A DNA stretch of 64,000 nucleotides from Nemertoderma westbladi (GCA_032718475.1 JAUCBJ010004063.1:16500-80499), one strand, 5' to 3'. Positions 14,501-27,870 are shown, counted from the stretch's first letter. The notes: generated by a model from the sequence alone, not told the origin. A program made the numbers and translations.

Positions 14501-15612
14501 GGTTACTGATTAACCCACATACTTTGACCCAAACCTCTAGGTTACTGTTTAACCTTCATACTTTGACCCAAACCTCTAGGTTACTGTTTAACCTATATAC
14601 TTTGACCCAAACCTCTAGGTTACTGTTTAGCCCACATACTTTGACCCAAACCTCTAGGTTACTATTTAACCTACATACATTGACCCAAACCTCTAGGTTA
14701 CTGTTTAACCCACATACTTTGACCCAAACCTCTAGGTTACTGTTTAACCTACATACTTTGACCCAAACCTCTAGGTTACTGTTTGACCCAAACCTCTAGG
14801 TTACTATTTAACCCACATACTTTGACCCAAACCTCTAGGTTACTATTTAACCCACATACTTTGACCCAAACCTCTAGGTTACTATTTAACCCACATGCTT
14901 TGACCCAAACCTCTAGGTTACTGTTTAACCCACATACTTTGACCCAAACCTCTAGGTTACTGTTTAACCTACATACTTTGACCCAAACCTCTAGGTTACT
15001 GTTTAACCTACATACTTTCACCCAAACCACTAGGTTACTGTTTGACCCAAACCTCTAGGTTACTATTTAACCTACATACTTTCACCCAAACCACTAGATT
15101 ACTATTTACCTACATACTTTGACCCAAACCTCTAGGTTACTATTTACCTACATACTTTGACCCAAACCTCTAGGTTACTATTTAACCCACATACTTTGAC
15201 CCAAACCACTAGGTTACTATTTAACCCACATACTTTGACCCAACCCTCTAGGTTACTGTTTAACCTACATACTTTGACCCAAACCTCCAGGTTACTATTT
15301 AACCTACATACATTGACCCAAACCTCTAGGTTACTGTTTAACCCACACACTTTGACCCAAACCTCTAGGTTACTATTTAACCTACATACATTGACCCAAA
15401 CCACTAGGTTACTATTTAACCTACATACTTTGACCCAAACCTCTAGGTTACTATTTAACCTACATACATTGACCCAAACCACTAGGTTACTATTTAACCT
15501 ACATACTTTGACCTAAACCTCTAGGTTACTGTTTAACCCACATACTTTGGCCCAAACCTCTAGGTTACTGTTTAACCCACGTACTTTAGCCCAAACCTGA
15601 CCCAAACCTCTA
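8581..15612. repeat. 39-bp minisatellite array, ~180 copies, with higher-order blocks
   Basis: Unit TGTTTAACCTACATACTTTGACCCAAACCTCTAGGTTAC; variant patterns recur in blocks (e.g. starting ~10414 and ~11610). Produces the 1060-aa and 939-aa artefact ORFs. Confidence 0.98.
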
Positions 15613-16272
15613 GGGCCTAATTTTAGTCGGTCTGGACATACTGACATCAAATCTGTATGAGCAATTAACAGTTATGGTTGGAAAGTGCGGTGTGTATTAT
15701 GGATGCCGCTCGGCTCGGGCTACAGTGGCACTTAGTTTGACCTTTGACTCGTCAGGGCTCTTCTCCTCTGCAGAACAGATGACACCAGGCAGCCAGGTCC
15801 TTCCACTAACATTTGTACATTTCGCCGCCGGCGATATATCACCTCAAACTCCTAGAAGACGCCAGTAAAAAGAGATAGTCCATCGAAATTCATGAAGGAG
15901 AGTAAATTAGTTCTTTATCTGATGTAGAGATGAAGCTGCTGGACTTGGGGGGCCGGTTATTCTTTAAGAACCATGACGCTAATGTTATTATCCTACCTAA
16001 ACCAGCGGGACTCCTATCTGAATCCCCCAAGGACATATCGGCCCTTTCGGAGGATCTTAAGACAATGCGGGCCCACATTAACAGTGTTCGCTTCGTAGAT
16101 TTAATAGACAAAGGTTATTGATACATAATAGATATGCTGAGATAAATTAATATTACGACTTCAATATAATCAAGAACTGATTTATTTAGGGGATTTGTTA
16201 TTAACTGCACTTATTTGTTGATATTTAATGAGGTGTGGTTACTACTTAATTACACCATGTCCTGGAATATAG

Positions 16273-17094
16273 CAAGGGCGTACGCAGGAATTTTTCAAGG
16301 GGGTGGTAACATACAAAAAAAATTAACTAAAAATATTACCGTATATTTCAGACAAATGAACTCATATTATATTAATAATAATGATATAGGGCAAATAAAT
16401 ATAATAGAAATATGGAAATTAAGAATATACGTAGGTATATGTTAAGTAAAAGCAAATAAACGTATAGAAATAGGTATTAAAACGAAACTTTCAGGGCATC
16501 ACACAGGCATACTCAAAAATACAAACCTGCGTTTGTTTAATAATTATAATAATATAATATTTTAATAATATTGGATAATATTAATTCCAGTGAAGGATTA
16601 AGTATAACTTCAACAGTTTGTTGAGTTCTCTAAACAAAGTTCAATCGTCGGTTTGTCTTTCCAAATAAGTCTATAGCTTGTTATACATTTACAAGACGTC
16701 TGCGATGTATAATATACATACATCATAGCAATTCCCTATAGCATTCTCTCCTCTCAGACAGTGAGCTACGGAGAAAGTTCTTCAGCAGTATGAGAGCTGA
16801 GAAACTACGTTCAGTTGTAGCTGAGTTTATGACCACCACAGACTGTGAACACAGTGGGTTAATATATTGTACTAATACATAATTAGTAAAAATAAAAACT
16901 AATAAAACTAATATATTATTGTATATTATATTTAGTTCAGCCAAAAATAAACAGCGGATATGTGAATCAAAATTGTAAAATCATAGATGTCAGGATCTCA
17001 ATGATATATTTGATTGATAAATATATACAGAATATGTTAAATTTTTATAGGGGTGGTAAATACCACCACTACCATCCCCTTCGGTACGCCCTTG
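16273..17094 (-). mobile_element. Non-autonomous hAT transposon with transposase C-terminal remnant
   Basis: TIRs CAAGGGCGTAC / GTACGCCCTTG; perfect 8-bp TSD GAATATAG (16265-16272, 17095-17102); minus-strand SATTERSFSALILLKNFLRSSLSERR resembles the hAT dimerisation motif (ERSFS..K..LRS). Confidence 0.92.
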
Positions 17095-20000
17095 GAATAT
17101 AGTGTCGTTTAATGATTTGGGGAACTGATACTTTATATTACTCTAGTTGATGCGGAATTAAGAGGTTCATATTCAGTTACTACCGTAATCCTGAGTTACA
17201 GGTAGGCCTACTTTTAAACATATATGTCCCTAATTTTTTACAGTAAATAATACGTCATCTCATTTTGGACTTTAGCCAAACCCTGACGAATGATTAAGGC
17301 ACCGAAAATACGTAGGCCTACAGTAGAATGATATATATACCTATATATCCATTTATAAAGGCCTGTAGGCTGAAATATTTGGTATAACTTTAATAATTTT
17401 GTGTCACCTGAAAAAGATCAAATTCCCCCACCACATTATTTTAATTTATTTATTTAATCAAATAAAATATTTATGTTAAAATCTTCATATTAAAAACTCA
17501 ATTAATATACAGAGTAACAAGGTTGATTTGGTCATGATTTTTGATTATCAAATTTGTGATACTTGTATTTTTTGTGCCGCACATTGACACGTATCCAAAA
17601 AAGCCGTAATCAACAAGGTAGGATATTTTTCGGTGTAATATTCGTGACCAGCATCCCAAAAACCCCATATGGTAATAAAATCAATTTGATTTTGTTGTGA
17701 TTTTTCATTGTTTTTTTCGTGCTCCGGGGGGCACAAATAACCTAATATAACAACATGCCTATGTTGTTATATTACACAACTCTTCGATATGTTTGATGTA
17801 GAGGAATAAACCTTCCAAATGAAATCAGCACATTATAAGTCAATTTATCGCTTTTGTCTGTTTGAAAATTTCAAGCTACTTGCACTTTTGGTGCTCTTTT
17901 AGTATCTATTAAAAAATATAAATTAAAATTATGCTTCTAATCTCGCTTTCGATTACTAAATAATGAATTCAACAAACCAAAAAACCATAATGTTTATACC
18001 AATGTCTTTGAAGGGTTATGTATTTTGTGTAATTTTATCAATCCCAATGGGTGATATGGTATGGGTGCCAGTAACTCCTCGTATCTCGAAATCTACTGGA
18101 GCTATTAACTTTTTATTTGTCTCACCTGAAAGAGGACATCATTTTAGGTAGGGACAAGTACTTTCGACGCGCTAGACATATTGTTTCAGGGGTTCTATAT
18201 AAGAGAAATAACTGGCCCACTAAATTTAGGGACTTAGCAGCAACTTGGCGGGTCGTACTGTACCCAATCTATAGTACGTCATGCGTCATGGATGGATAAT
18301 TGTTTTTTTTTTTGGGGGGGGGGGGGGGGGGTAATTGTTTTTGGGGTATGAATAATTATTTTTTTTTGGGGGGGGGGGGGGTGGGGTGGGTTTGAATATT
18401 GTTCTTGGGGATGAATTATTGTTTTTGGTGAGACTGATCAAAATTGGGGGATCTAAATTGGTGCTCCAAAAAAAAATATTTGGTGCTAAATGATTTTTTT
18501 TTGGTGTGAAATCCACTTTTTGGGGGTTACATTCAATTAGTGGCATGTAATAAATAATATCAATATTAATATAATATTAACATGTAAAGTTGTTTTTCTT
18601 TATCTTTAAGGGTCTGTAAAGTATCAAAGTAATTTTGAATTTTTGGTACACGCCAGCTGATAGCTCTCACTGAATATCCGATGCACTACATCTTAAATAA
18701 GAGATCGTTCCTTGTCGGGCCGCTAGGCCCGTTAAGTCAATATATTTATTTTTGAAGACATACAGATCCTAATCTGTCAGTTTCCTCGAAGAGTTTCAGA
18801 TAGGCCAGCGACCGGGTAGAATTGGGCGCTGCAAGGGATTATAAGTACTCGTAGGGCAAATTTATTATATCTGAGGTCATTATAATTTCCTGTAAAAATA
18901 TGTTAGTCTGTCAACTGGAATTGGTGACACGGTGTTGTCAATTTGGTATTATGACAGATTGAAATTGGCAGTATATTTTTGTTGATTGTAGTTTACTAAA
19001 TTACCTGCCAGTGAAGCAAGCAGGTACAACAACTACCCATAATATATGAACTATTATTGCGTTAAATCAATAGCAGTGCAGAGTGTTGCATACATTATGT
19101 TTGTATACAGCGTCGCCTTGACGATAAGTAATCATTACTATCGCTATGGGGGAGTAGGCGTTTACAAGTATTTGCAGTACAATCTCTTTCGCTACGATGG
19201 CTGCACTAAATAGAAGCCATGCGAAACGTAAATTTCCGAGTCATTAACAATTATATAATTCTTTGTATGATTGAGTGCCGGCCACTCTAGTAGAAATATA
19301 TTGTGCAATGTCAAAGTGCCGTTTAATTAGCGTATTAATAAAATCACTATAAAAGTTGTAAGTGCGTGTGCGGTTTGCCAAATTATCTGAGTTGTGTCGT
19401 GATTCATGTTTGAATGCCAGATACATTCCTTGTATCCATGACACTGTTATTTGAACACACCCATAGAAAGTGAATTAATTATCCCCATAATAGTTTATTT
19501 ATTGCAATTATTTAATTCTCATTCGGGTTCTTATTGTTAACAAGAAGTATATTTCGGTAAGTATCTATCTTTTTGACACTGCCTTTTATAGTTTTTTTCG
19601 CCCATGTGAAGAATACCAGGATTTCACTTTTCGGTCGATTTTTTATTTGAATTTTATATATGAAGATTTTGATTTTTTTTTAATTTATCTTTATTAAGTG
19701 TTTTATAGCACTTAGTTCGGTCTTATAACCTGTACATATACTAATTCGTTTATTGTTTTGGTTAGATTCGGCCCTTCTGTAACCTGTGTTTTTGGTGAAA
19801 ACCTGGTATTCTTCACATGGGGGTAACTGCAAAGTGAAATATAACGGCAGAAAGTTTTGTATTCTTCACATGGGCCGTTTTTTTTATACTTTGTTCTTAT
19901 TTGTTTACACATTAAAATGTACACACTATACTTCTATCTTCCATCAGTGCGTACAATCAGGTCGCAGCGATAATGTTATTAATCTTAAGAGAGTGAAAGG

Positions 20001-20154
20001 CTACGCCGACAACTGACAGCGACAACGCAAAATATGAAACTTTAACCTGTGCGGTGTGCTCTTTACTCTGGTTTACTGTTTTGGTTAAAATAGCCTCCCA
20101 CTCTTCCTATCATTAATAATAATAAGTGAATTGTTGTGGGGTGAGTGACGCGGT

Positions 20155-20561
20155 GTATTAAATATACAATGTAAATAAGACAATATGATAATGCTCTCCA
20201 TAGCGAAAAATATCAACCGGCCCTATTGGGGCTCGAACCCGGTACCTAGGTTTCAAACTTCTGGTTATCATCAGCCGGGTGAGTGTACTGAGCTACCAGA
20301 CCGGATGAATATTTCGCTATGGAGTGGGAGATCATATTTAGGCCAACTAATCACTCAAAGGAAAGTACAAAGTACTAAATATGATCTCCCACTCCATAGC
20401 GACATGTTCATCCGGTCTGGTAGCTCAGTACACTCACCCGGCTGATAATAACCAGAAGTTTGAAACCTAGGTACCGGGTTCAAGCCCCAATAGGGCCGGT
20501 TGATATTTTTCGCTACGGAGAGCATTATCATATTGTCTTATTTACATTGTATATTTAATAC
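20155..20561. mobile_element. Palindromic element with two 187-bp arms, each carrying a tRNA-like (A/B box) head
   Basis: 20155-20341 is the near-perfect reverse complement of 20375-20561, with a 33-bp spacer. Right arm has TAGCTCAGT (A box, 20421), GGTTCAAGCCC (B box, 20477), a CCGGTC/GGCCGG stem and a T5 run at 20506. Confidence 0.8.
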
Positions 20562-21039
20562 TTCCTAGCATTAATTACCTTTAATATCGGGTGTCCGCTT
20601 TTGTTGTCGGCGAAGCATTACACCCTTACTGTACTCTTTAAGAGTGATGTAAGTGTTATGGGAAGGGCAGCGAATATCCAACAATGACAGCAAGGATATA
20701 AATATATATAACCCTACTTACATGTGGACTGTAAAAATATTTTTTAAACCATATGCAGCTGCTCTTCTCAGAACTCATTATTTTGAAGTTACCACGAAAT
20801 CCCAAGGCTTTTTAATGTAACGAATCATTATTTTTCTCATTACCATTGTCTCAGCGTAGGAATAGCATTTAGTAATCAAAACTTGAAAGAAAAAACAACA
20901 TCTTTTGCCTTTACCTGTGCAAAATGTAGTACTTTTAATTAATTACAGTAGGTATGCTTACATTGCTGGAAATGATAATATTTATTGTTACTAGTAATTT
21001 TATTGCATTTAATTGACAATATATAAACTTAACACAAAT

Positions 21040-21578
21040 ACACACCTTACACCCACCTCAGACCCACAACACACCCACCCCATCCCACAATCACCCCTCC
21101 CATTACCCACCCCATACACACCAACCCCACCCCAAACCCACCCCACCCATTACCTACCACACACCCACCCCACCCATTACCTAGCACACACCCACCCCAC
21201 CCATTACCTACCACACACCCACCCCACCCATTACCTACCACACACCCACCCCACACCACAGCCGACACACACCCACCTCACAAACCCGACACCCACCCCA
21301 CACCCACCCCACCCATTACCTACCACACACCCACCCCACCCATTACCTACCACACAACCACCCCACACCACAGCCGACACACACCCACCTCACAAACCCG
21401 ACACCCACCCCACACCCACCCCACCCCCACATCATCCCACACTCACCCCACCCCACCCCACAGCCGACCCACACCCAACCCCCACCCACACCCACCACAT
21501 CCCACACCCACCCCATCCCACACCCACACCCACCACATCCCACACCCACACCCAACCCCCACCCACACCCACCCACCT
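21040..21578. repeat. C/A-rich low-complexity repeat (CACCC-type, with 27-bp subunit)
   Basis: Repeated CACACCCACCCCACCCATTACCTACCA and variants; G-tract-rich on the minus strand. Confidence 0.9.
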
Positions 21579-22471
21579 ATACGGGTTAACTATGGATTCT
21601 GTGGACAAGCTCACAACCAAGGGATCTGTGGACGTACTTCTTTATTAAATATCTAGAGAACTATCCAATGAAAATCCTTCAAATTTTCAAATTAGCTTCC
21701 TAATAAGTAATGGGAAATGTTTGCTTTTCAAAATTTAAAATTTTTCCAATATTTCAAAAATCATTTTTTTACATTCACTGTGCGGACATTGCTTTTGGTG
21801 ACGTCATAATTATGTGTGTTGTGCCTGAGTGTGTTTAGTGATGTCCACAAACCCCAACTGGGGTCAAGACACATACGAAAATTAATGTCCACAGTCCACA
21901 ACTAGTGTAACACATACAGTATATGGGAAAGGAAACTGAAATGCTTTGTTTTTATGCAACTTCATGGATATGATTCTAGTAATTGGATTACTTGGCCAGG
22001 TCAGTACAGTACAAAGAGATAGTGTTCTTCTACACTCGTGAATAATTATTGTAAAAGTTAATATTTCCCTATTAGTTACCTAAGGACTACTTGTGGTACA
22101 AGTTTCCATAGTTTACTCATTTACTATAACAATGGGTTTTCACTTAGTCGATAGCGATAGCGCTGAACAATTCCCCCTGTATCAATGCGTACAAGTTAGC
22201 ATGTAGCAATTTGTTTTGAAAATACTTGCAGTCTCAAGAAATATACCGTAATACTGCCATCACTGCTCAAAATATTCTTTTTTTCTGCGGGAAGACTAAT
22301 TAATTGTAGGTTGTATATAAATACAAATAGAGTGGCGCACAACAATTAATGATATAACTCTTATCATTCAATTATATTAATTATGAATTTTATGCTTTAA
22401 AATTATTTGGACCCTTCTACAGTACGTATTGTAAGAGCAATAGACGCTAAGAATAGGCCTTATATAATAAT

Positions 22472-23040
22472 TTAACGAAAACACACCGTTCTAAATACTG
22501 TCCCTTGCGCACATCTGGGGACATTAGTTTTTGTATTGTTTTTTCTGCAGACCATACGGTATGTAGTTGCAATGGACATTAAGAAATTTTTTATATATTG
22601 ACGAAAACACACCGTTCTAAATACTGTCCCTTGCGCACATCTGGGGACATTAGTTTTTGTATTGTTTTTTCTGCAGACCATACGGTATGTAGTTGCAATG
22701 GACATTAAGAAATGTTTTTATATATTGACGAAAACACACCGTTCTAAATACTGTCCCTTGCGCACATCTGGGGACATTAGTTTTTGTATTGTTTTTTCTG
22801 CAGACCATACGGTATGTAGTTGCAATGGACATTAAGAAATGTTTTTATATATTGACGAAAACACACCGTTCTAAATACTGTCCCTTGCGCACATCTGGGG
22901 ACATTAGTTTTTGTATTGTTTTTTCTGCAGACCATACGGTATGTAGTTGCAATGGACATTAAGAAATGTTTTTATATATTGACGAAAACACACCGTTCTA
23001 AATACTGTCCCTTGCGCACATCTGGGGACATTAGTTTTTT
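22472..23040. repeat. 127-bp tandem repeat, ~4.5 copies, in the left arm of the foldback element
   Basis: Identical ORFs at 22650 and 22777 are offset by 127 bp; inverted copies lie at ~24590-24920. Confidence 0.93.
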
Positions 23041-23389
23041 AGTGCTGGGAGTATTATATTAGGTCCTACGTATAGTTGCAATGAATGTTAAGAATATTTA
23101 ATATATTAGCAAAAACATACCATTGAAAATACTTCCTTTACGCACATCTGGGGACATTGGTTTTTGTATAGGTGAGATAGGCTCTACGTGAACCATGTCC
23201 TGGAATATAGTGTCGTCATTCAGGTCCCTGCCCCCCCCCCCCCCCCAGGGTTTTTTCTAAATATGTTAGGGAAATTTATAAATGAAAATAGCGATTTATA
23301 AATTTTTATACTTGTTTAGAAATTGGTCACATAGAGACTAACCAATTCGCGCGGGAAGGTTTTAAACTTTACATGCATTTAACTCAGAA

Positions 23390-23737
23390 TATTATTTCTC
23401 ATTTTTTCCTTCACTCAAAACCTATCTACACCGTCATTTTTTAATGAATTCGTTTGAAATTTTCAGTGAATGGTCTTGACATATTCACATATTGGCCATT
23501 GATCAGAAGACTAATGTTAACTAAAAAAATGAAAAAATATTAACTAAATGTGTTTTATTTTTGGCCGATATTTTCAGATTATCGGCTCAAAACATAACTT
23601 ACGCTGGAAATTTCAAAATTCTGTCTATTAAGTTTTATTGGTTAATGTCAAGACCATTCACTGAAAATTTCAAACGAATTGATTAAGAAATGGCGGAGTA
23701 GATCGATTTTGAATGAAGGAAAAAATGAGAAATAATA
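23390..23737. mobile_element. MITE-like inverted repeat with ~90-bp arms
   Basis: TATTATTTCTCATTTTTTCCTTCA...GGTCTTGACAT (23390-23482) pairs with ATGTCAAGACC...TGAAGGAAAAAATGAGAAATAATA (23645-23737). Confidence 0.75.
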
Positions 23738-23741
23738 TCAT

Positions 23742-24537
23742 ATGCACACTGCACAGTTTCTACTAAATAAAGTGGAGAGGGCTGCTAAGGAGGTTGGATT
23801 GCATATAAATGCTAGCAAGACCGAATTCATGACCTTTAATGTTGATGGAAACTTGACAACCATTGATAATAATCAACTAAGGAAGGTCGATGACTTCCAG
23901 TACCTTGGATCATGGATAGAGTAGCAAAAAGGACATACAAGTTAGGAAAGCAAAGGCTTGGGTAGCTCTATCAAAAATGGATACCATTTGGAAATCAGAT
24001 CTCCCCAGGCACCTTAAGACTAAGTTCTTTCGAGCCACAGTGGAAAGTGTATTTTTATACGGGGGTAAGACCTGGACACTGACTAAATCACTTGAACAAC
24101 GAATTGATGGTTGCTACACAAGACTACTAAGGGCAGCCCTAAACATCAGCTGGAGACAACACATGACAAATGCCGAGCTTTATGGTACAATACCACCTGT
24201 ATCATCCACCCTCCGTGAACGCAGATTAAGATTCAGTGGGCACTGCTGGCGAAGTAAAGACGAGGTCATACCAGATCTACTTTTCTGGCAACCAACTCAT
24301 GGAAAGCGTAGTCGTGGACGACCGGCCATAACATATATAGATCAACTTGAAAGGGATACTGAACTTGGGAGAAACGAAATTGCGACAACTAACTATGGAG
24401 AATCGGGAAGCCTGGAAGGATCTCATTTCCACTGTCCGAGTTCACTCGACCTAGTAGTAGTTGGAGAATCGGGAATCCTGGAAGGATCTCATTTCCACTG
24501 TCGGAGTTCGCCCGACCTAGTAGTAGTAGTAGTAGTA
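23742..24537 (+). mobile_element. 5'-truncated RTE-clade LINE (C-terminal RT region), disrupted
   Basis: GLHINASKTEFM, FQYLGS, RATVESVFLYG..TWTLT, RRLRFSGHCWR and GKRSRGRP are typical non-LTR RT C-terminal/RTE motifs. Stop/frameshift at ~23922; (TAG)n tail at 24518-24537. Confidence 0.92.
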
Positions 24538-25796
24538 ACATTCATTGCTACTATACGTAGGGCCTATTATAATACTCCCAGCACTACAAAAACTAATGTC
24601 CCCAGATGTGCGCAAGGGACAGTATTTAGAACAGTGCGTTTTCGTCAATATATAAAAACATTTCTTAATGTCCATTGCAACTACATACCGTATGGTCTGC
24701 AGAAAAAACAATACAAAAACTAATGTCCCCAGATGTGCGCAAGGGACAGTATTTGGAACGGTGTGTTCTCGTTAATTTATTATATATTCTTAACGTCCAT
24801 TGCAACTACCTACATAAGTAGAACGTAGGGTATAATATAATACTCTCTGCACTACAAAACCAATGTCCCCAGATGTGCGCAAGGTACAACACTATTTAGA
24901 ATGGGTGTGTTTTCGTTAATTTATTATAATGTCTATTTCCACTACAGTACGTAGAAGGGTCTAAAAAATTAAAGCTATAAAATTCATGATATAATTAATA
25001 TAATTGAATGATGTGAATGTATTTTGAATGATAAGAGTTATATCATATATCGTTGTGCTCCACCTTATTTGTATTTATTTTAAACATTAATTTAATTAGT
25101 GCCCCCGCAGAAAAAAAGTAGCAGTGGCCGTATTACGATATTTGTCCATATATTTTTTAAAAATTTTCTACTTGCTTGTATGCATAGTGCATGCGGGATT
25201 GTTTAGCACTATCGACTAAGTGAAAATCCATTGTTATAGTAACTGAGGAAAGTTGCACCACAAGGGGTGCTTAGGTAACTCATAAGGAAATATTAACTTT
25301 TACAATTATTCACGAGTGTATAAAAACAATAAAAAAACGTTATCTAGGGATTGCCTGAGCTGCATTGTCTCAAAGACAGACCTGACTAACTAATCCATAA
25401 ATAATTGAACATAACTCATAATATACTTAATTTCAACCACAAACCGGGGTCGTTAAAAAATAAGCTCACACATACCGGCAAACCACTCGAAACGCTAACG
25501 TGCTCTTTTTCGTCCAAAGTGCTAACTGTTCCAGACGCATGCAAATCAACTATACACCTAACTAACAAATTCTCTGGAAGGTCGCTAGAGTACAAGGGTG
25601 GTAAAGACTACACATATACCATAGCCCTAACTGCATTGTCTATTAATGTTGTGCTAACTGCAAACCTGAACAGTATTACTATACACCTAACTGCAAGGTC
25701 TAATTAATGTTGTGCTAACTGCAAACCCGTACAGCATTATTATACACCTAACTGCATGGTTTATTCATGTTGTAGGCCTACTAACTAAGTGTTTAA

Positions 25797-26900
25797 CCCA
25801 ATTAAACCCGGGGGGGGGGGGGGGGGGTCAATATGACCCCTCCCATGGTTTTTTTATTACAATTCTGAAACAAACGCAGTTGGGAATCTGAAATTTTATG
25901 ACTTTTCCTAAAAATCTATTGTCTTCCTAGTAGTGGAAAGCGTTTTCAAAAATATTGGGTGGTTTTCGAGTTATAGCACCATTTTTTAACCCTACTTTTG
26001 GCACTTTTTTTAGACGTTTTTTGGAAATTACATTTCATTAAATATTAATTGTAACATCTCTATTTATGATTTACACCGGTTTTTTGGTGTGAGCAATTGG
26101 ATGGAATTCATATAAATTGATTTAGAAATTTCAAACTTGTTTTTTTCTGCGGGTGCTAAATTTTGGTGCCAGCACCAAATTTTGAAATATGTCAATTTTG
26201 TAAATTTATTGTTTGAAACTTGTTTTTTACGCAATTGGGGTTTTTTGGAGTTCTGGTTTCGATGAAATATATACGAGTTGCACTAAGCGTATCAAACTTG
26301 TATTTTTCGGTGCTGTGTGCAAATTTTGGTGCTAGCACGAAATTTTGAAAATCCATATAATAGATAAAATTGCGTGTGACAATTTATTTCTTGCATTTTA
26401 GAGGTTTATGGCTATTCTGAATTCAATGGAATATATAATTATCGCACTAGACATCTCAAACTTGTATTTTTCGGAAGTGGGTGCAAAATGTGGTGCTAGC
26501 ACCAAATTTTGAAAACCATCAAATATATCAATTGATTGTGTCATCTTGTTTCTTGCGTTATACGGGTTTGTTAGGGTTCTGAATTCAATGGAATCAGTAA
26601 AAATTTCATAAGAGTTTTCAAACTTGTATTTTTCGCCGGTGGGTGAAAATTGTTGTGCCAGCACCAAATTTTGTAAAATGAGTAAATTGATCAGTAGATA
26701 GTATCATCTTGTTTCTTGCGTTATACGGGTTTATGAGGGTCCTGAATACGATGGAATCAATAAAAACAGCACTGGACATCGCAAACTTGTACTTTTTGGT
26801 GATGGGTACGAAATTTGGTGCTAGCACCAAAATTTGCCAAATTACGCCGAAAAATACAAGTTGTAATGATCTGGCATATTTGAAAAGTATTCCATTAGAA
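25797..26900. mobile_element. Probable piggyBac-like non-autonomous element with ~163-bp internal repeats
   Basis: Starts TTAA|CCC; the palindromic core TTTGGTGCTAGCACCAAA recurs at ~26162, 26325, 26489, 26651 and 26813. Right terminus not identified. Confidence 0.45.
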
Positions 26901-27397
26901 TCAGCGCCCTAGAAAACCTGAAAATGTGAATTCATTGCATCGTATAAGTGAATTAAAAATTTTGTGTTCTAACTGAAAAGTGCTGGTTACTTGTTTTTTT
27001 CATTTTTTTCCTACGCATAGAGGACTAAACAGCCATTTATGGTAATCATATCATTTTAATTATTTTCCAATGTATTTTGCGCCCCAGAAAACCTGTATTG
27101 AAAAACAATTAGCCGAAAAATGTAACTTTCAAATTTTGTGAAAATTGTGCACTACTTGTAATTTTGGTGCTGCAATATTACCACCCCAGTACATTTTTTC
27201 GAAAATTTTTTTTTCGGTCGGATCCAGACTAGTGATACCTACGTACAAACAAAAACTCAATATTTGTAGATTTAAAAATGTAAAAATGTAAAATGTAAGA
27301 TGTAAAAATCATGATTTTTTTTTAATAAAAAAAATCAGATTTTTTTTATTTATATCAGATTTATTTGATTTAAATCAGTTTTTTTTTCATTTAAATC

Positions 27398-27775
27398 GGG
27401 TGACAAAAAAGCAAAGACCCAAATAACAAAGACCTGTATGAAACACATGTGTTAACTTTCGTTTATTGTTTTGGTTCCCCAAACACGCCTCTGTAACCTG
27501 CTCCTTTACTAACCTGCTCCTGTAAATGGCAATGGGACCTAACACTGGCAATGGGACCTAATCCCCTTTAGGGCGTAACGCGACTTTATATCTTTGTTTT
27601 GTACAGGTGCCAAAGAGCGTTAGGTTACATTGCATTTAAAGGAGCAGGTTAGTAAAGGAGCATGTTACAGAGGCTTGTTGGGGGAACCAAAACAATAAAC
27701 GAAAGTTAACACATGTTTCAAAGATTATGCAGGTCTTTATTATTTAGGTCTTTGGTCTTTGTTTTGTAGTCACCC
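27398..27775. mobile_element. Mutator-like (MULE) palindromic MITE
   Basis: Long TIRs GGGTGAC...AAAGACC / GGTCTTT...GTCACCC covering most of the element; perfect 9-bp TSD ATTTAAATC (27389-27397, 27776-27784). Confidence 0.85.
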
Positions 27776-27870
27776 ATTTAAATCACTTTTTTCTTATTTG
27801 AATCAGATTTTTTTATTTAAATCAGATTTTATATTTAAACAATCGGAAGACTTCTGGCTTCATCAATGCA

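Larger units (their letters stand above)
22033..25318. mobile_element. Foldback-type DNA element with very long inverted arms (CACT termini, TA flanks), containing nested insertions
   Basis: TA|CACTCGTGAATAA at 22033 and TTATTCACGAGTG|TA at 25318. Left arm ~22033-23090 is inverted-homologous to right arm ~24538-25318, and both arms contain the 127-bp subrepeat. Confidence 0.8.

Noticed and set aside
11617-14799. 1060-aa and 939-aa ORFs with superficial LRR-like periodicity
   Set aside because: Translations of a 39-bp minisatellite open on both strands; frameshifted in flanking parts of the array; no splice context or codon-position bias seen.
20412-20500. Genuine tRNA gene
   Set aside because: D-arm and anticodon arm do not fold canonically, and it sits within a palindromic repeat; treated as tRNA-derived.
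21013-21648. Pro/His/Thr-rich extensin-like ORF
   Set aside because: Translation of CACCC low-complexity DNA; TTG start and no exon support.
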